Source of the DNA: Gammaproteobacteria bacterium
GTDB taxonomy: Bacteria; Pseudomonadota; Gammaproteobacteria; UBA9214
Assembly: GCA_003230545.1 (NCBI GenBank)
Contig: QIFB01000203.1
Location: forward strand, 1 to 43,427
DNA length: 43,427 nt
Direction: 5' to 3'
The notes under the pieces are model-generated. The model was given only the letters and a program-made list of their open reading frames with translations. It ran no database searches and was not told the DNA's origin. A program made the translations under genes and the position numbers. This document shows, piece by piece, positions 28,827-37,071 of the stretch. Each line of letters opens with the position of its first letter. Within the stretch, counting starts at the first letter, position 1.

Positions 28827-29596
28827 GCACGGCTCTTTTTGATCTGCTCGTAGGCCGACTTGATCTCCTGGGTCTTTTCCGTGGCCAGCTTCATCATTTC
28901 CTCGGGCAGGCCCTTGGCGGCCAGCTTGTCCGGGTGGTGCTGGTTCATCAGCCGCCGGTAGGCTTTTTTGACCTCGGCATCGCTGGCGTTGCGGCTGACA
29001 CCGAGTATTTCGTAGGCATCGGAAAGGGATGCCTTGCCGCTGTCCATGGCAGTGCCGGACCCGACAAAGCTGAACAGGTGCTCAATGGCGGCATGGTCGA
29101 ACCCGAGTTGTTCACCAATGGTTAACAGGATCCTCCTTTCACTGGCATGTACATGACCGTCAGCCATGGCAGTGGCGATCTGTATTTCCAGAAACATCTG
29201 TACCAGATTGCGGCGCCGGTGACATTCCTGACGGAACTGATCAATCACTGCATGCAGCTGGAAGTCTTCCCGCTTGCCGGCGTTGAACAGTTCAATGGCG
29301 GCCTTGCGTTGCCGTGCGTCCAGCTGCATGCGGGCCATGATGGACTGGGCGGCCGAGATTTCATCCGGCGTGACCTCGCCATCGGCCTTGGCAACATGGC
29401 CCATTACCGAGAAGGTGGCCGTGAAGAACGCCGCCTGTACACGTTCCTGCTGGCCGGTACCGTACCCCCCGGCCCTGCCGGAAACCTTCAGGCCCTGGTC
29501 GAAATTGCGCCCCAGCGCCACGCCCAGCAGCGCACCCAGCGGCCCACCGAACATGTAACCGAGTGTCCCGCCCAGCAGCGTGCCCCACCATGACAT
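28823..29596 (-). CDS. djlA: Co-chaperone DjlA (TM + TerB-like + C-terminal J domain)
   Basis: ORF 28823..29641, with start set at ATG 29596 ([25 protein letters not shown]). J domain: [32 protein letters not shown]. Confidence 0.9.
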   Translation of the reverse strand: MSWWGTLLGGTLGYMFGGPLGALLGVALGRNFDQGLKVSGRAGGYGTGQQERVQAAFFTATFSVMGHVAKADGEVTPDEISAAQSIMARMQLDARQRKAAIELFNAGKREDFQLHAVIDQFRQECHRRRNLVQMFLEIQIATAMADGHVHASERRILLTIGEQLGFDHAAIEHLFSFVGSGTAMDSGKASLSDAYEILGVSRNASDAEVKKAYRRLMNQHHPDKLAAKGLPEEMMKLATEKTQEIKSAYEQIKKSRA

Positions 29597-29699
29597 GGTT
29601 GTCGTTACCCTGTGTTGGTCAAACTGGCAGGTAGTGTACACGCAACCGGGTCATGGCACCGGTAATCAACGGGACTGGTGTACGGAAAGACTGGACGGG

Positions 29700-30362
29700 T
29701 CAGTGCGGGATGCCGGCAGCGGCGAGTGACTCGGCGAGGTGCCGGCGCGCCGTGTCCGCGTCCACGAGTACAGCGGTGAACGGGTAGCCGTCGGTGTGCG
29801 AGGCAATCATCTGGCTTGCTGAATTGACGAAGTTGCTGTCGTTATGAAAATCCATATACCCGGATGATGCCGCGATGGTTTCACCCGTGCGTGCCGCCAG
29901 CCCGGCAGGTGCTGGCGGGAGGGTAATGGCCCCGTCGCCCGGAATGGTGTCCAGGGACTGCAGCAAGCGGGCAATGTTGATGACCGCCGGGGTATCCAGG
30001 GTGCCGTTTTCCACGAGGTCCAGCGGGGTAATGATGGCCTTGCCCCGGGTGACTTCCCCGAGGAGAACATCACCGATGTAAAACCGGACGGGCTGGCCCG
30101 GCTGGTACTGAAATTCACCCTGCCTGCCGGTGGCACCGGACAGCTTGCCCGATACGTAGCGCAGTCCCTCGACCGGGCCATCGATGAACTGGCCATTGCT
30201 GACCGCTGCAAAGGTGACCTTGTTTTTCCCGTCATTGTTCGACCCATTGCCGCCGTTACCACCACTGCCACTTCCGGAGGTGGCCTGAAATGCGCACTTG
30301 GCGCCGGTCAACAGCAGTATGGCGGTGAGTGCAGCAAGGATTGTTTTGTGGCGTGTCTTCAT
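29700..30362 (-). CDS. Hypothetical secreted protein
   Basis: ORF 29700..30434, with start set at ATG 30362 (MKTRHKTILAALTAILLLTGAKCAF). G/S/N-rich linker (SGSGSGGNGGNGSNNDGKNK), then a globular part. I recognise no domain. Confidence 0.6.
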   Translation of the reverse strand: MKTRHKTILAALTAILLLTGAKCAFQATSGSGSGGNGGNGSNNDGKNKVTFAAVSNGQFIDGPVEGLRYVSGKLSGATGRQGEFQYQPGQPVRFYIGDVLLGEVTRGKAIITPLDLVENGTLDTPAVINIARLLQSLDTIPGDGAITLPPAPAGLAARTGETIAASSGYMDFHNDSNFVNSASQMIASHTDGYPFTAVLVDADTARRHLAESLAAAGIPH

Positions 30363-30497
30363 GTTGTCGATGGCAGGTACAGGAGGCCCGGAGTGCAAAC
30401 GCTGCCCCTGTCCCGGGGAAGCACCGTATTTCAATTGTAGTTCAAGTTGCCGGCAAGGGAATTCCGGATTACCTGCGGTAACCGGCAGCGGTATGCA

Positions 30498-31889
30498 TTA
30501 CTTCAGTGACAGGGGGCGTGCAAACCGGGACTTGAGCTGTTCCATGTCGGCCGCGATCTCCTCACGGGCCTGTCGTGCTTCATCGCAGGCCGCTTCGAGT
30601 CGCTCGCTGGCCTTAATAAACCGTGTAAAGTGTGTTTGCAGGTTTTCCAGTTCATCCTGCAGTTCTGAAAGTTGCTGCTTTACCGTTGCGGTCTCTTCCA
30701 TGGCCGCATCCCGTTCCTGTTGCAACACTCCTTCCGCGGCATCGCTGATAGTGCGGGCGGTGGCACGGGCGGTATCGGTCGTTTCACCGCTATCCGGTGC
30801 GGGCGGCTCGCTGGTAAAACCGAAGACCTCGGGTGGTACGCCCCTGTTGAGCCCGCCTTCGAGAACGTAGACCTCGAAACCGCGCTGGCTCAGCAGGAAA
30901 GCGGCCGATGCACTGCGGCGGCCGGTATCGCAGCAGATAATATACTTGCGGTTGGGAATCAGCTTCGTTGCCTTGTCGCGCAGGTTCAGCAGCGGGATAT
31001 TGAGGCTGTCCTCGAAGGCATGATTTGCATGTTCTTCCGGCAGACGGACATCGAGCCACATGTCGCCATCCGCAATCATGGACAGGGCCAGGGTGTAGTC
31101 CACGTAGTGCACCAGCGGCTTTTTCAGGAGTTTCAGAAAATCCTGCTTGGACAGGCGCATCAGGGTCCCGTCCGTCATCATGGTGACCGAGGCATTGCGC
31201 CTGGCATCCGAGACCAGTGCCTCCTCGCCGAAGCAGTCCCCGTTGGAGAGTTCTGCCAGCGGGACATCCCAGCCCTCGGTGGAGGCCTGGCGGGTAACGG
31301 AACACTTGCCTTCACGGATGATATAGAAGTAATCACCCTCATCACCCTGGCGAATAATCACGTCACCTTCCATTACTGCCACGGAACCCATCTTCTTGAG
31401 CATCTGCTGAATGTTTTCCGGGGGCATTTTGACAAAGGCATCTGACTGGAACATGCGCGTCAGCCAGTCGTCATCGGCCTGCACCCCGGCATTGACGGAC
31501 ATCGATGCCGAAGTCTGGTCGAAGGTCAGCAGGACATCGAGCAGGGTAGAATCGATGGTGGCAATGATCGAGCGCGTTGCCACCCGGGCGGACACCAGTC
31601 GCGGTTGCTGGTTGGCCAGCGGGTAGCGGGCGGGATCGGTGCCGGCGATAACCACGCCGGACACGCGGCCACTGCCATCGACGAAGTTGACCTCGCCATC
31701 CAGCAGGTAGACAGAACGGTTGTCCTGGTCACCCTCGCCGAACAGGTAACGCCCGGCGCTGACATCCTCGACGACCATGTTTTTTGAAATTTCCTGGAAA
31801 TGTTCTTCGGACAGTGAATTCAGCGGAATCAGGTCCCGGAAGACCGCCTTGTCGCTGACGCCATTTGCCGTGCGTTTTGCCTTGCCCAT
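30498..31889 (-). CDS. Two cyclic-nucleotide-binding domains + rhodanese domain + C-terminal coiled coil protein
   Basis: ORF 30498..32174, trimmed to ATG 31889 (MGKAKRTANG...) because the upstream 95 codons translate a repeat element. cNMP motifs: FGEGDQDNRSVYLLDGEV, and FGEEALVSDARRNASVTMMTDGTLMRL. Rhodanese active-site loop YIICCDTGRRSASAAFLL. Heptad-rich tail. Confidence 0.8.
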   Translation of the reverse strand: MGKAKRTANGVSDKAVFRDLIPLNSLSEEHFQEISKNMVVEDVSAGRYLFGEGDQDNRSVYLLDGEVNFVDGSGRVSGVVIAGTDPARYPLANQQPRLVSARVATRSIIATIDSTLLDVLLTFDQTSASMSVNAGVQADDDWLTRMFQSDAFVKMPPENIQQMLKKMGSVAVMEGDVIIRQGDEGDYFYIIREGKCSVTRQASTEGWDVPLAELSNGDCFGEEALVSDARRNASVTMMTDGTLMRLSKQDFLKLLKKPLVHYVDYTLALSMIADGDMWLDVRLPEEHANHAFEDSLNIPLLNLRDKATKLIPNRKYIICCDTGRRSASAAFLLSQRGFEVYVLEGGLNRGVPPEVFGFTSEPPAPDSGETTDTARATARTISDAAEGVLQQERDAAMEETATVKQQLSELQDELENLQTHFTRFIKASERLEAACDEARQAREEIAADMEQLKSRFARPLSLK

Positions 31890-32029
31890 CTGCTTCCACC
31901 GCCCGATTAAGATGTAACTATATGATAAATATACATAAATATATCCTGATATATCGGCTGCCGGGGAGGAAAGTTTAGTGTGGACGGTCTCCGGTCCGCT
32001 ATCCGGGTTGCTTTGTGGGACCTTCCCCA

Positions 32030-32354
32030 GAGTGAGCGGGTTGCACCTTTCGAGCGTGCATCCGTTGCCCCGGCCGCCTCCGCTTGTCAGGGGCCGCTGC
32101 AAGTCCATCCATGGACGCTCAACGGCTTCATCCCTGAAGCCGATGCCCCTGACAAGCGGAGGCGGCCAGGACACCGGATTGCCGGACGAAAAGAGTCTGC
32201 CCGGTCACTTGGGATCCAGGGGAGGGGTTGCTCAAGACCGTTGGCCGCAGGGATGCGGCCATCGAGCGTACAGGGATGTATTCACAGCGAGTCTTGAGCA
32301 ACCCCTCCCCTGGGTCTCGAGTGACCTTGCTCGGACCAGGCAGTCCGCTCACTC
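32030..32354. repeat. Composite nested palindromic repeat (family B copy 2 plus an inverted second module)
   Basis: Module 1 arms at 32072..32093 and 32146..32167 form a perfect 22-bp stem. Module 2 arms at 32216..32238 and 32291..32313 form a perfect 23-bp stem, extendable to 32203..32326 with mismatches. The outer inverted repeat at 32030..32044 and 32340..32354 matches at 13 of 15 positions. Confidence 0.85.
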
Positions 32355-32438
32355 AGGGAATGCCCCCTGCAGAACAGGTTTATGATTCATCCAATGCGCA
32401 ATACACTACGGGTATTCACCTAACCCGCAGGTCATCCC

Positions 32439-33815
32439 GTGGCAATCAGTGTATTCGACCTTTTCAGGATCGGTATCGGGCCTTCCAGCTCGCATACCGT
32501 CGGCCCGATGCGGGCCGCGGGCATGTTTGTCCAGGAGCTGAGTGCATCACGTATTTTGACCGACGTGGAGCGGATCCAGGTTGAGTTGTACGGTTCGCTG
32601 GGTGCTACCGGCAAGGGACATTGTACGGACAAGGCCGTCATTCTTGGTCTGGAAGGCCAGTTGCCGGACAGCGTGGACGTTGATGGCATTCCCGCCCGGC
32701 TCGAGCAGGTCAGGGCGTCTGGCCAGTTGCAGTTGCCGGGCGATAAAACAGTGGCCTTTGATGGCCAGGCAGACCTGGTGTTCCATAAACTGGAGGCGCT
32801 GCCCTACCATCCCAATGGCCTGGTGTTCCGCGCACTCGGCAGGGACGGCCGGGTACTCGATGAACGCACCTATTATTCCGTAGGCGGCGGGTTTGTGGTT
32901 AACGAGGCTGCTGCCGGTGCCGACCGCATTGTCGAAGACAAGACGCCGCTTGCATTTCCGTTTACCACGGGTGCGGAGCTGCTCGGACATTGCACGGAGC
33001 AGGGGCTCTCCATCAGCCAGGTCATGCTGCAGAATGAACTGGCCTGGCATACGGATGCCGAACTCCGCGCCGGCCTGTTGAATATCTGGCAGGTAATGCA
33101 GGCTTGTGTCGAGCGCGGTTGCCGGACCGAGGGCGTGTTGCCGGGCGGCCTGAAGGTCAAGCGTCGGGCCGCACAACTGCATCGCCAGTTGCTGAACGAG
33201 ACCGGGCTGCACAAGGTGCCGCTTGGCACGATGGACTGGGTCAACCTGTATGCGCTCGCCGTCAACGAGGAGAATGCTGCCGGCGGGCGGGTGGTAACGG
33301 CGCCAACCAACGGTGCGGCCGGCATCATTCCCTCCGTGATGCACTACTACTGGAAATTTTCACCCGGCTACAGCGAGGACGGCATTGTGCGCTTCCTGCT
33401 GACTGCCGGGGCCATCGGCATCCTCTACAAGGAGAACGCCTCGATCTCCGGCGCCGAGGTCGGTTGCCAGGGCGAGGTCGGTTCCGCCTGCTCCATGGCG
33501 GCCGGCGCACTGACTGAAGTGACCGGCGGTACACCGCAGCAGGTGGAGAACGCGGCCGAGATCGCCATGGAGCACAACCTCGGGCTCACCTGTGACCCGG
33601 TGGGCGGGCTGGTGCAGGTGCCGTGCATCGAGCGCAACGCCATGGGCGCGGTGAAGGCCATCAATGCCTCGCGCATGGCCCTGCGCGGTGACGGCACCCA
33701 CTTCGTATCACTCGACAAGGTCATCCGGACCATGCGCGACACCGGTGCCGACATGCAGACCAAGTACAAGGAGACTGCGCGCGGCGGTCTCGCCGTTAAC
33801 GTGATCGAGTGCTAG
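32439..33815 (+). CDS. sdaA: L-serine ammonia-lyase (L-serine dehydratase), single-chain iron-sulfur type
   Basis: 458 aa, GTG start. N-terminus [23 protein letters not shown]-terminal half has [13 protein letters not shown] and [19 protein letters not shown]. Confidence 0.95.
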   Translation: MAISVFDLFRIGIGPSSSHTVGPMRAAGMFVQELSASRILTDVERIQVELYGSLGATGKGHCTDKAVILGLEGQLPDSVDVDGIPARLEQVRASGQLQLPGDKTVAFDGQADLVFHKLEALPYHPNGLVFRALGRDGRVLDERTYYSVGGGFVVNEAAAGADRIVEDKTPLAFPFTTGAELLGHCTEQGLSISQVMLQNELAWHTDAELRAGLLNIWQVMQACVERGCRTEGVLPGGLKVKRRAAQLHRQLLNETGLHKVPLGTMDWVNLYALAVNEENAAGGRVVTAPTNGAAGIIPSVMHYYWKFSPGYSEDGIVRFLLTAGAIGILYKENASISGAEVGCQGEVGSACSMAAGALTEVTGGTPQQVENAAEIAMEHNLGLTCDPVGGLVQVPCIERNAMGAVKAINASRMALRGDGTHFVSLDKVIRTMRDTGADMQTKYKETARGGLAVNVIEC

Positions 33816-33871
33816 CCCCGGACCTGTGCGTCAGTGTACAAAAGCACTGACGGGTAAGTATGGGCCCGGTA

Positions 33872-34261
33872 TCAGTCCGGTTTGACAGCGTAGCGGCCGC
33901 TGCCGAGCAGCATGATGGCCAGTGCGCCGAACAGGTAGAAGCCCTGCAGTTCGAGTCGCCAGCCGCCGAAGTCGGTGAGGGCAAAGATGTCTCCCATGTG
34001 CACCAGTCCGACGGCAAACAGCATGTTGATCACGATCAGCCCGGCGCCGAGGCGTGTTAGTACTCCGATGATGATCATTACCGGGGCTATGATCTCACCG
34101 ACATATGCTCCCCAGGTAATGATTTCCGGTAGCCCGGCCCCGGCCAGCTTGCTGCCGATGAAATCCAGTTTCCCCGGGTCCAGCAGCTTGCCGACACCGT
34201 GAAACAGCATAAGAACGCCGACGGTGAGGCGTATTACCAGCTTGCCGGCGGCATCATTCAT
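33872..34261 (-). CDS. DoxX family membrane protein
   Basis: 129 aa, four hydrophobic helices, with a DoxX-like N-terminus (RLTVGVLMLFHGVGKL). Confidence 0.75.
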   Translation of the reverse strand: MNDAAGKLVIRLTVGVLMLFHGVGKLLDPGKLDFIGSKLAGAGLPEIITWGAYVGEIIAPVMIIIGVLTRLGAGLIVINMLFAVGLVHMGDIFALTDFGGWRLELQGFYLFGALAIMLLGSGRYAVKPD

Positions 34262-34268
34262 TAACAGA

Positions 34269-34826
34269 TTAATTATTCCTGTCCATTAACCCGCGAATCC
34301 GCCTGACATAATGTCGTGTCTGTCCGGGTACATGAGATTCGACATTCTCCCATGTGGCGGTTGGCGGACCAACCTTTTGGAAGGTATTTTTGATACGGGT
34401 GTAACCGGCGTTGTAGCTGCCGAAGGTAAAATACAGGCGCTCGTTTCCGGGTGGCGGGGATTTCCAGCGTTGGTAGAGGACGCGATCGTAGTAGATGCCG
34501 GCAGCGATGTTCCAGCGCGGTGAGTTAATGTCCTTCATGTGGGGGTTTTCTTCCTTGATCTCGCGGTAGGTGCTCGGGAGGATCTGCATGATGCCGCGCG
34601 CACCGGATTTGCTCCTGGCATCGGGTTTCAGGCCGGACTCTGCAATGGCCTGTGCCTTGAACCAGTGCCAGTCGAAACCGGGGCCGAAGTAGTGTTTGGA
34701 GTATTTCCTGAAATGCTGGTTATATTTATCCGACCAGTCGGCAACTTTGTTTTTCCTGCTGGCGGCGGCGTTCTCCGCGGCCGTGGCCAGTACCAGCAGA
34801 ACCAGTATTCCGATGGCAGGCTGCAT
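34269..34826 (-). CDS. Lytic transglycosylase (SLT domain) with signal peptide
   Basis: ORF 34269..34985, trimmed to ATG 34826 (MQPAIGILVLLVLATAAENAAA). SLT catalytic region AQAIAESGLKPDARSKSGARGIMQILPSTY. The upstream part of the long ORF is the alternative frame of the DUF350 gene. Confidence 0.85.
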   Translation of the reverse strand: MQPAIGILVLLVLATAAENAAASRKNKVADWSDKYNQHFRKYSKHYFGPGFDWHWFKAQAIAESGLKPDARSKSGARGIMQILPSTYREIKEENPHMKDINSPRWNIAAGIYYDRVLYQRWKSPPPGNERLYFTFGSYNAGYTRIKNTFQKVGPPTATWENVESHVPGQTRHYVRRIRGLMDRNN

Positions 34827-34828
34827 GA

Positions 34829-35062
34829 CTAGTTCAGTCCCATCCCGATGACCAGGCCGATGCCGATGCCGATGCCGATGAACATCCCCATGACCATCAT
34901 GCCAACGGCCTGGTTGCCCTTGCTGAGTTCCTCGCCGATATCGAAATTGCATACCATCTTGTTGAAGAGGACGCAGCCGAGCCACATGAATGCCAGTGTC
35001 ATCAGGCCGCCGAGCGCTGCATAGATGAAATTCATTAGGATGGGATCGAGAACATCGGTCAT
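34829..35062 (-). CDS. DUF350 family small membrane protein
   Basis: 77 aa. Two TM helices with the motif DIGEELSKGNQAVGMMVMG and a G-I-G-I repeat tail. Ends 2 nt before the SLT gene start. Confidence 0.75.
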   Translation of the reverse strand: MTDVLDPILMNFIYAALGGLMTLAFMWLGCVLFNKMVCNFDIGEELSKGNQAVGMMVMGMFIGIGIGIGLVIGMGLN

Positions 35063-35142
35063 GCCGGTTACCTCCGGGGGGCTTTTGTGAGTGTTGCCCT
35101 TAATATAAGCAGATATTGGCCATTATCTCCAATCGACCAAAG

Positions 35143-35167
35143 AAAAAGCCCCTCGATGAGGGGTTTT
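35143..35167. terminator. Bidirectional Rho-independent terminator-like hairpin
   Basis: AAAAAGCCCCTCGATGAGGGGTTTT: a GC stem (CCCCTC/GAGGGG) flanked by an A-run and a T-run. On the minus strand it lies about 220 nt downstream of the cupin stop. Confidence 0.7.
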
Positions 35168-35385
35168 CTGCTGCTACCGACTTCATTTTATCAGACATCC
35201 TGTAGTTCCAGATCACCTTCCGATTTGGTGCGGAAGAAATTGACCGGAATCTTCAGGTATTGTTGCTCGCCTTCCGCTTCCGGCCGGGAAGTCGCAACGG
35301 CCGGTACCCATGTCCGGCATGAACAGGGGGTCAGACCGCTCGAGTCTGACCTGATGAACAGACCTGCTGAGGCCTGTTGTACCTG

Positions 35386-35781
35386 CTAGCTTTCCGCGGT
35401 AAATCCGAACGCCTTGTCATGCACATACACGAGCTTGCAGTCATCAAGATATTTCGCATCGTGGATCCTGCCTGACTGTACATACCCGGTGTCGCCCTTG
35501 TTAAGTACCTGCGCTTCGCCATCGGGGACCAGGGTATCGCCATCACGGTTGTAGAACTGGATGGACATCCTGCCTTCAATGACCACGGTCATGTCATCAC
35601 CGGGATGGGAATGGGGCGGTTCCGCCGAGCCGGCCTCCCAGCGTTCCAGCATGACCTCGGCGCCTTCCGGGTTAGCAGGATATGTGGTTCGTACAGTAAA
35701 ACCGGCCGGCGTGTCCGGGACGCTGATGTGGTTGTCCCAGACCTTGCTGGTATCTGATGTCATTGTCTTGTTGGTTGCCAC
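35386..35781 (-). CDS. Cupin domain protein
   Basis: 131 aa with cupin motifs (AEPPHSHPGDDMTVVIEG ... GDTGYVQSGRIHDAKY). Confidence 0.8.
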   Translation of the reverse strand: MATNKTMTSDTSKVWDNHISVPDTPAGFTVRTTYPANPEGAEVMLERWEAGSAEPPHSHPGDDMTVVIEGRMSIQFYNRDGDTLVPDGEAQVLNKGDTGYVQSGRIHDAKYLDDCKLVYVHDKAFGFTAES

Positions 35782-35838
35782 GTGCAGCTCTCCAGCAGGT
35801 GATCATAAAGCATTTGCAGGTTTCCCTGCCCCGGATGA

Positions 35839-36051
35839 TTAATCCATGTCTTGTCTGACGTCTTCCCATCGGGAATGATTATCCATCCACTTCAGGCTGA
35901 TCCAGTACCAAAGCGTAATCGGGACCATCATTGCAAACCAGCTCCAGTCCTCGATAAGGAATACCGTGGCCACCCAGTCATGGCCCGGGAACAATACAGC
36001 CCAGGGGAGGGTGTATACGGTAAATATTGCGCTGGCCAGGATCAGCATCAT
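35839..36051 (-). CDS. Small hypothetical membrane protein
   Basis: 70 aa with two hydrophobic Trp-rich helices (MMLILASAIFTVYTLPWAVLF, SWFAMMVPITLWYWISL). No recognisable family and the start is uncertain. Confidence 0.4.
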   Translation of the reverse strand: MMLILASAIFTVYTLPWAVLFPGHDWVATVFLIEDWSWFAMMVPITLWYWISLKWMDNHSRWEDVRQDMD

Positions 36052-36153
36052 GGCCCCTTTTCGCGTCGTGATGCTCGAATAGGCGAGCCAGACCCACAGG
36101 GGCGTTTTTTCTTTCTTGTCTATTGTCTGGTTTTCCTGTTGTTATGAATATGG

Positions 36154-36205
36154 GGTGTCAGAGCACATTATCCGCTTATATCATGAATAAATGTGCTCTG
36201 ACACC
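36154..36205. repeat. Perfect 15-bp inverted repeat with 22-nt spacer (operator- or hairpin-like)
   Basis: GGTGTCAGAGCACAT at 36154..36168 and ATGTGCTCTGACACC at 36191..36205. Lies in an AT-richer intergenic region about 100 nt upstream (minus strand) of the small membrane gene. Confidence 0.75.
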
Positions 36206-36237
36206 AATTAGCCAATCAGGGAACCTCTTACATTCCT

Positions 36238-36273
36238 GTATCGTCATCCCGGCCTTCGCCGGCATGACGATAC
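36238..36273. repeat. REP-type GC hairpin (the widespread ...TCGTCATCCCGGCCTTCGCCGGCATGACGA... type), likely a terminator for the gene ending at 36291
   Basis: GTATCGTCATCCCGGCCTTCGCCGGCATGACGATAC: 10-bp outer stem plus an inner CCGGC/GCCGG stem. It is the source of the IPAFAGMT peptide in spurious ORF 36123..36305. Confidence 0.7.
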
Positions 36274-36290
36274 ATCAGAGCTTCCTTGGG

Positions 36291-36950
36291 TTATTCACCC
36301 GCTGAGGGTATTGGTTGTAATTGAGCGCGGTATGCGCTGAATTCATCGGGTGACAGGTATTGCAGGATATCCTTGCCGTCCGTGTTGAGAATGATATCCA
36401 GTCCCTTGTCTGGATATAGAAAATGTTTCTGCTGTGTCTGAACCTGAATGATCTCTACGGGTGCACCGAAGCGGAACTGCACGATTTCCTTATCCAGGTT
36501 GAAGCTTGGCAGGAAGCTGATCACCTTGACCGGTGTCCGGTAGGCAATCGGCAGGTCATCGGGATGCAGGTGGTACTTGCGTGTGCCACTGTTCTGAAAC
36601 GCACGTTCCCGTATGGGTGAAAGCGCATCGGTTGTAATATCCATCACCAGAATCAGCTTGCCCGTAATCGGGCCGGCGGAGTAATGGCTGTAATAGGCCT
36701 CCAGGGTGCCGGCCTCGTACGGTGCCGCGATGATTGCCAGATCCATGTCGTTGCCCAGTTGCTCGATCGCCTCGCCGAGCGTGGTGTGCCCGAGCGTGAT
36801 ACCGAACACCCGTGTGTCCCCGTCCGGCAGTATCTCGATCTGCCAGGGCAGGCCGGTCACAGGCTGGTTGCTGCTTTCCTCGTGTCCAGAGAAGAACATC
36901 TGGCCAAGTACGACCAGGATAGCGATTAGCAGGGCAATATAATATTTCAT
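36291..36950 (-). CDS. Hypothetical protein with N-terminal signal/anchor
   Basis: ORF 36291..36998, with start set at ATG 36950 (MKYYIALLIAILVVLGQMFF). 219 aa, lower-GC coding region, no recognised domain. Confidence 0.6.
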   Translation of the reverse strand: MKYYIALLIAILVVLGQMFFSGHEESSNQPVTGLPWQIEILPDGDTRVFGITLGHTTLGEAIEQLGNDMDLAIIAAPYEAGTLEAYYSHYSAGPITGKLILVMDITTDALSPIRERAFQNSGTRKYHLHPDDLPIAYRTPVKVISFLPSFNLDKEIVQFRFGAPVEIIQVQTQQKHFLYPDKGLDIILNTDGKDILQYLSPDEFSAYRAQLQPIPSAGE

Positions 36951-37071
36951 GTGTGCCTGTAAAAAGAGTATCAGAGAACATATTATCTCTAACTGCAAAC
37001 AGAAAACATGCTCCGATACTTTGTTGGTGTGTTTTTTTTACTCTATCGAGAGTCGGGCAGAGGTACCCTGG

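Noticed and set aside
31890-32174. N-terminal 95 codons of ORF 30498..32174, and the similar peptide from ORF 11663..11845 (shared ...GFRDEAVER... peptides)
   Set aside because: The similarity comes from translating the two copies of the family B palindromic repeat, not from a protein family. The real gene starts at ATG 31889, with its own SD-like GGTGGAAG.
34827-34985. His/Arg-rich N-terminal extension (..GHGDVHRHRHRHRPGHRDG..) of the SLT ORF
   Set aside because: It is the out-of-frame reading of the GIGIGIG-encoding tail of the DUF350 gene. The SLT protein has a normal signal peptide starting at ATG 34826.
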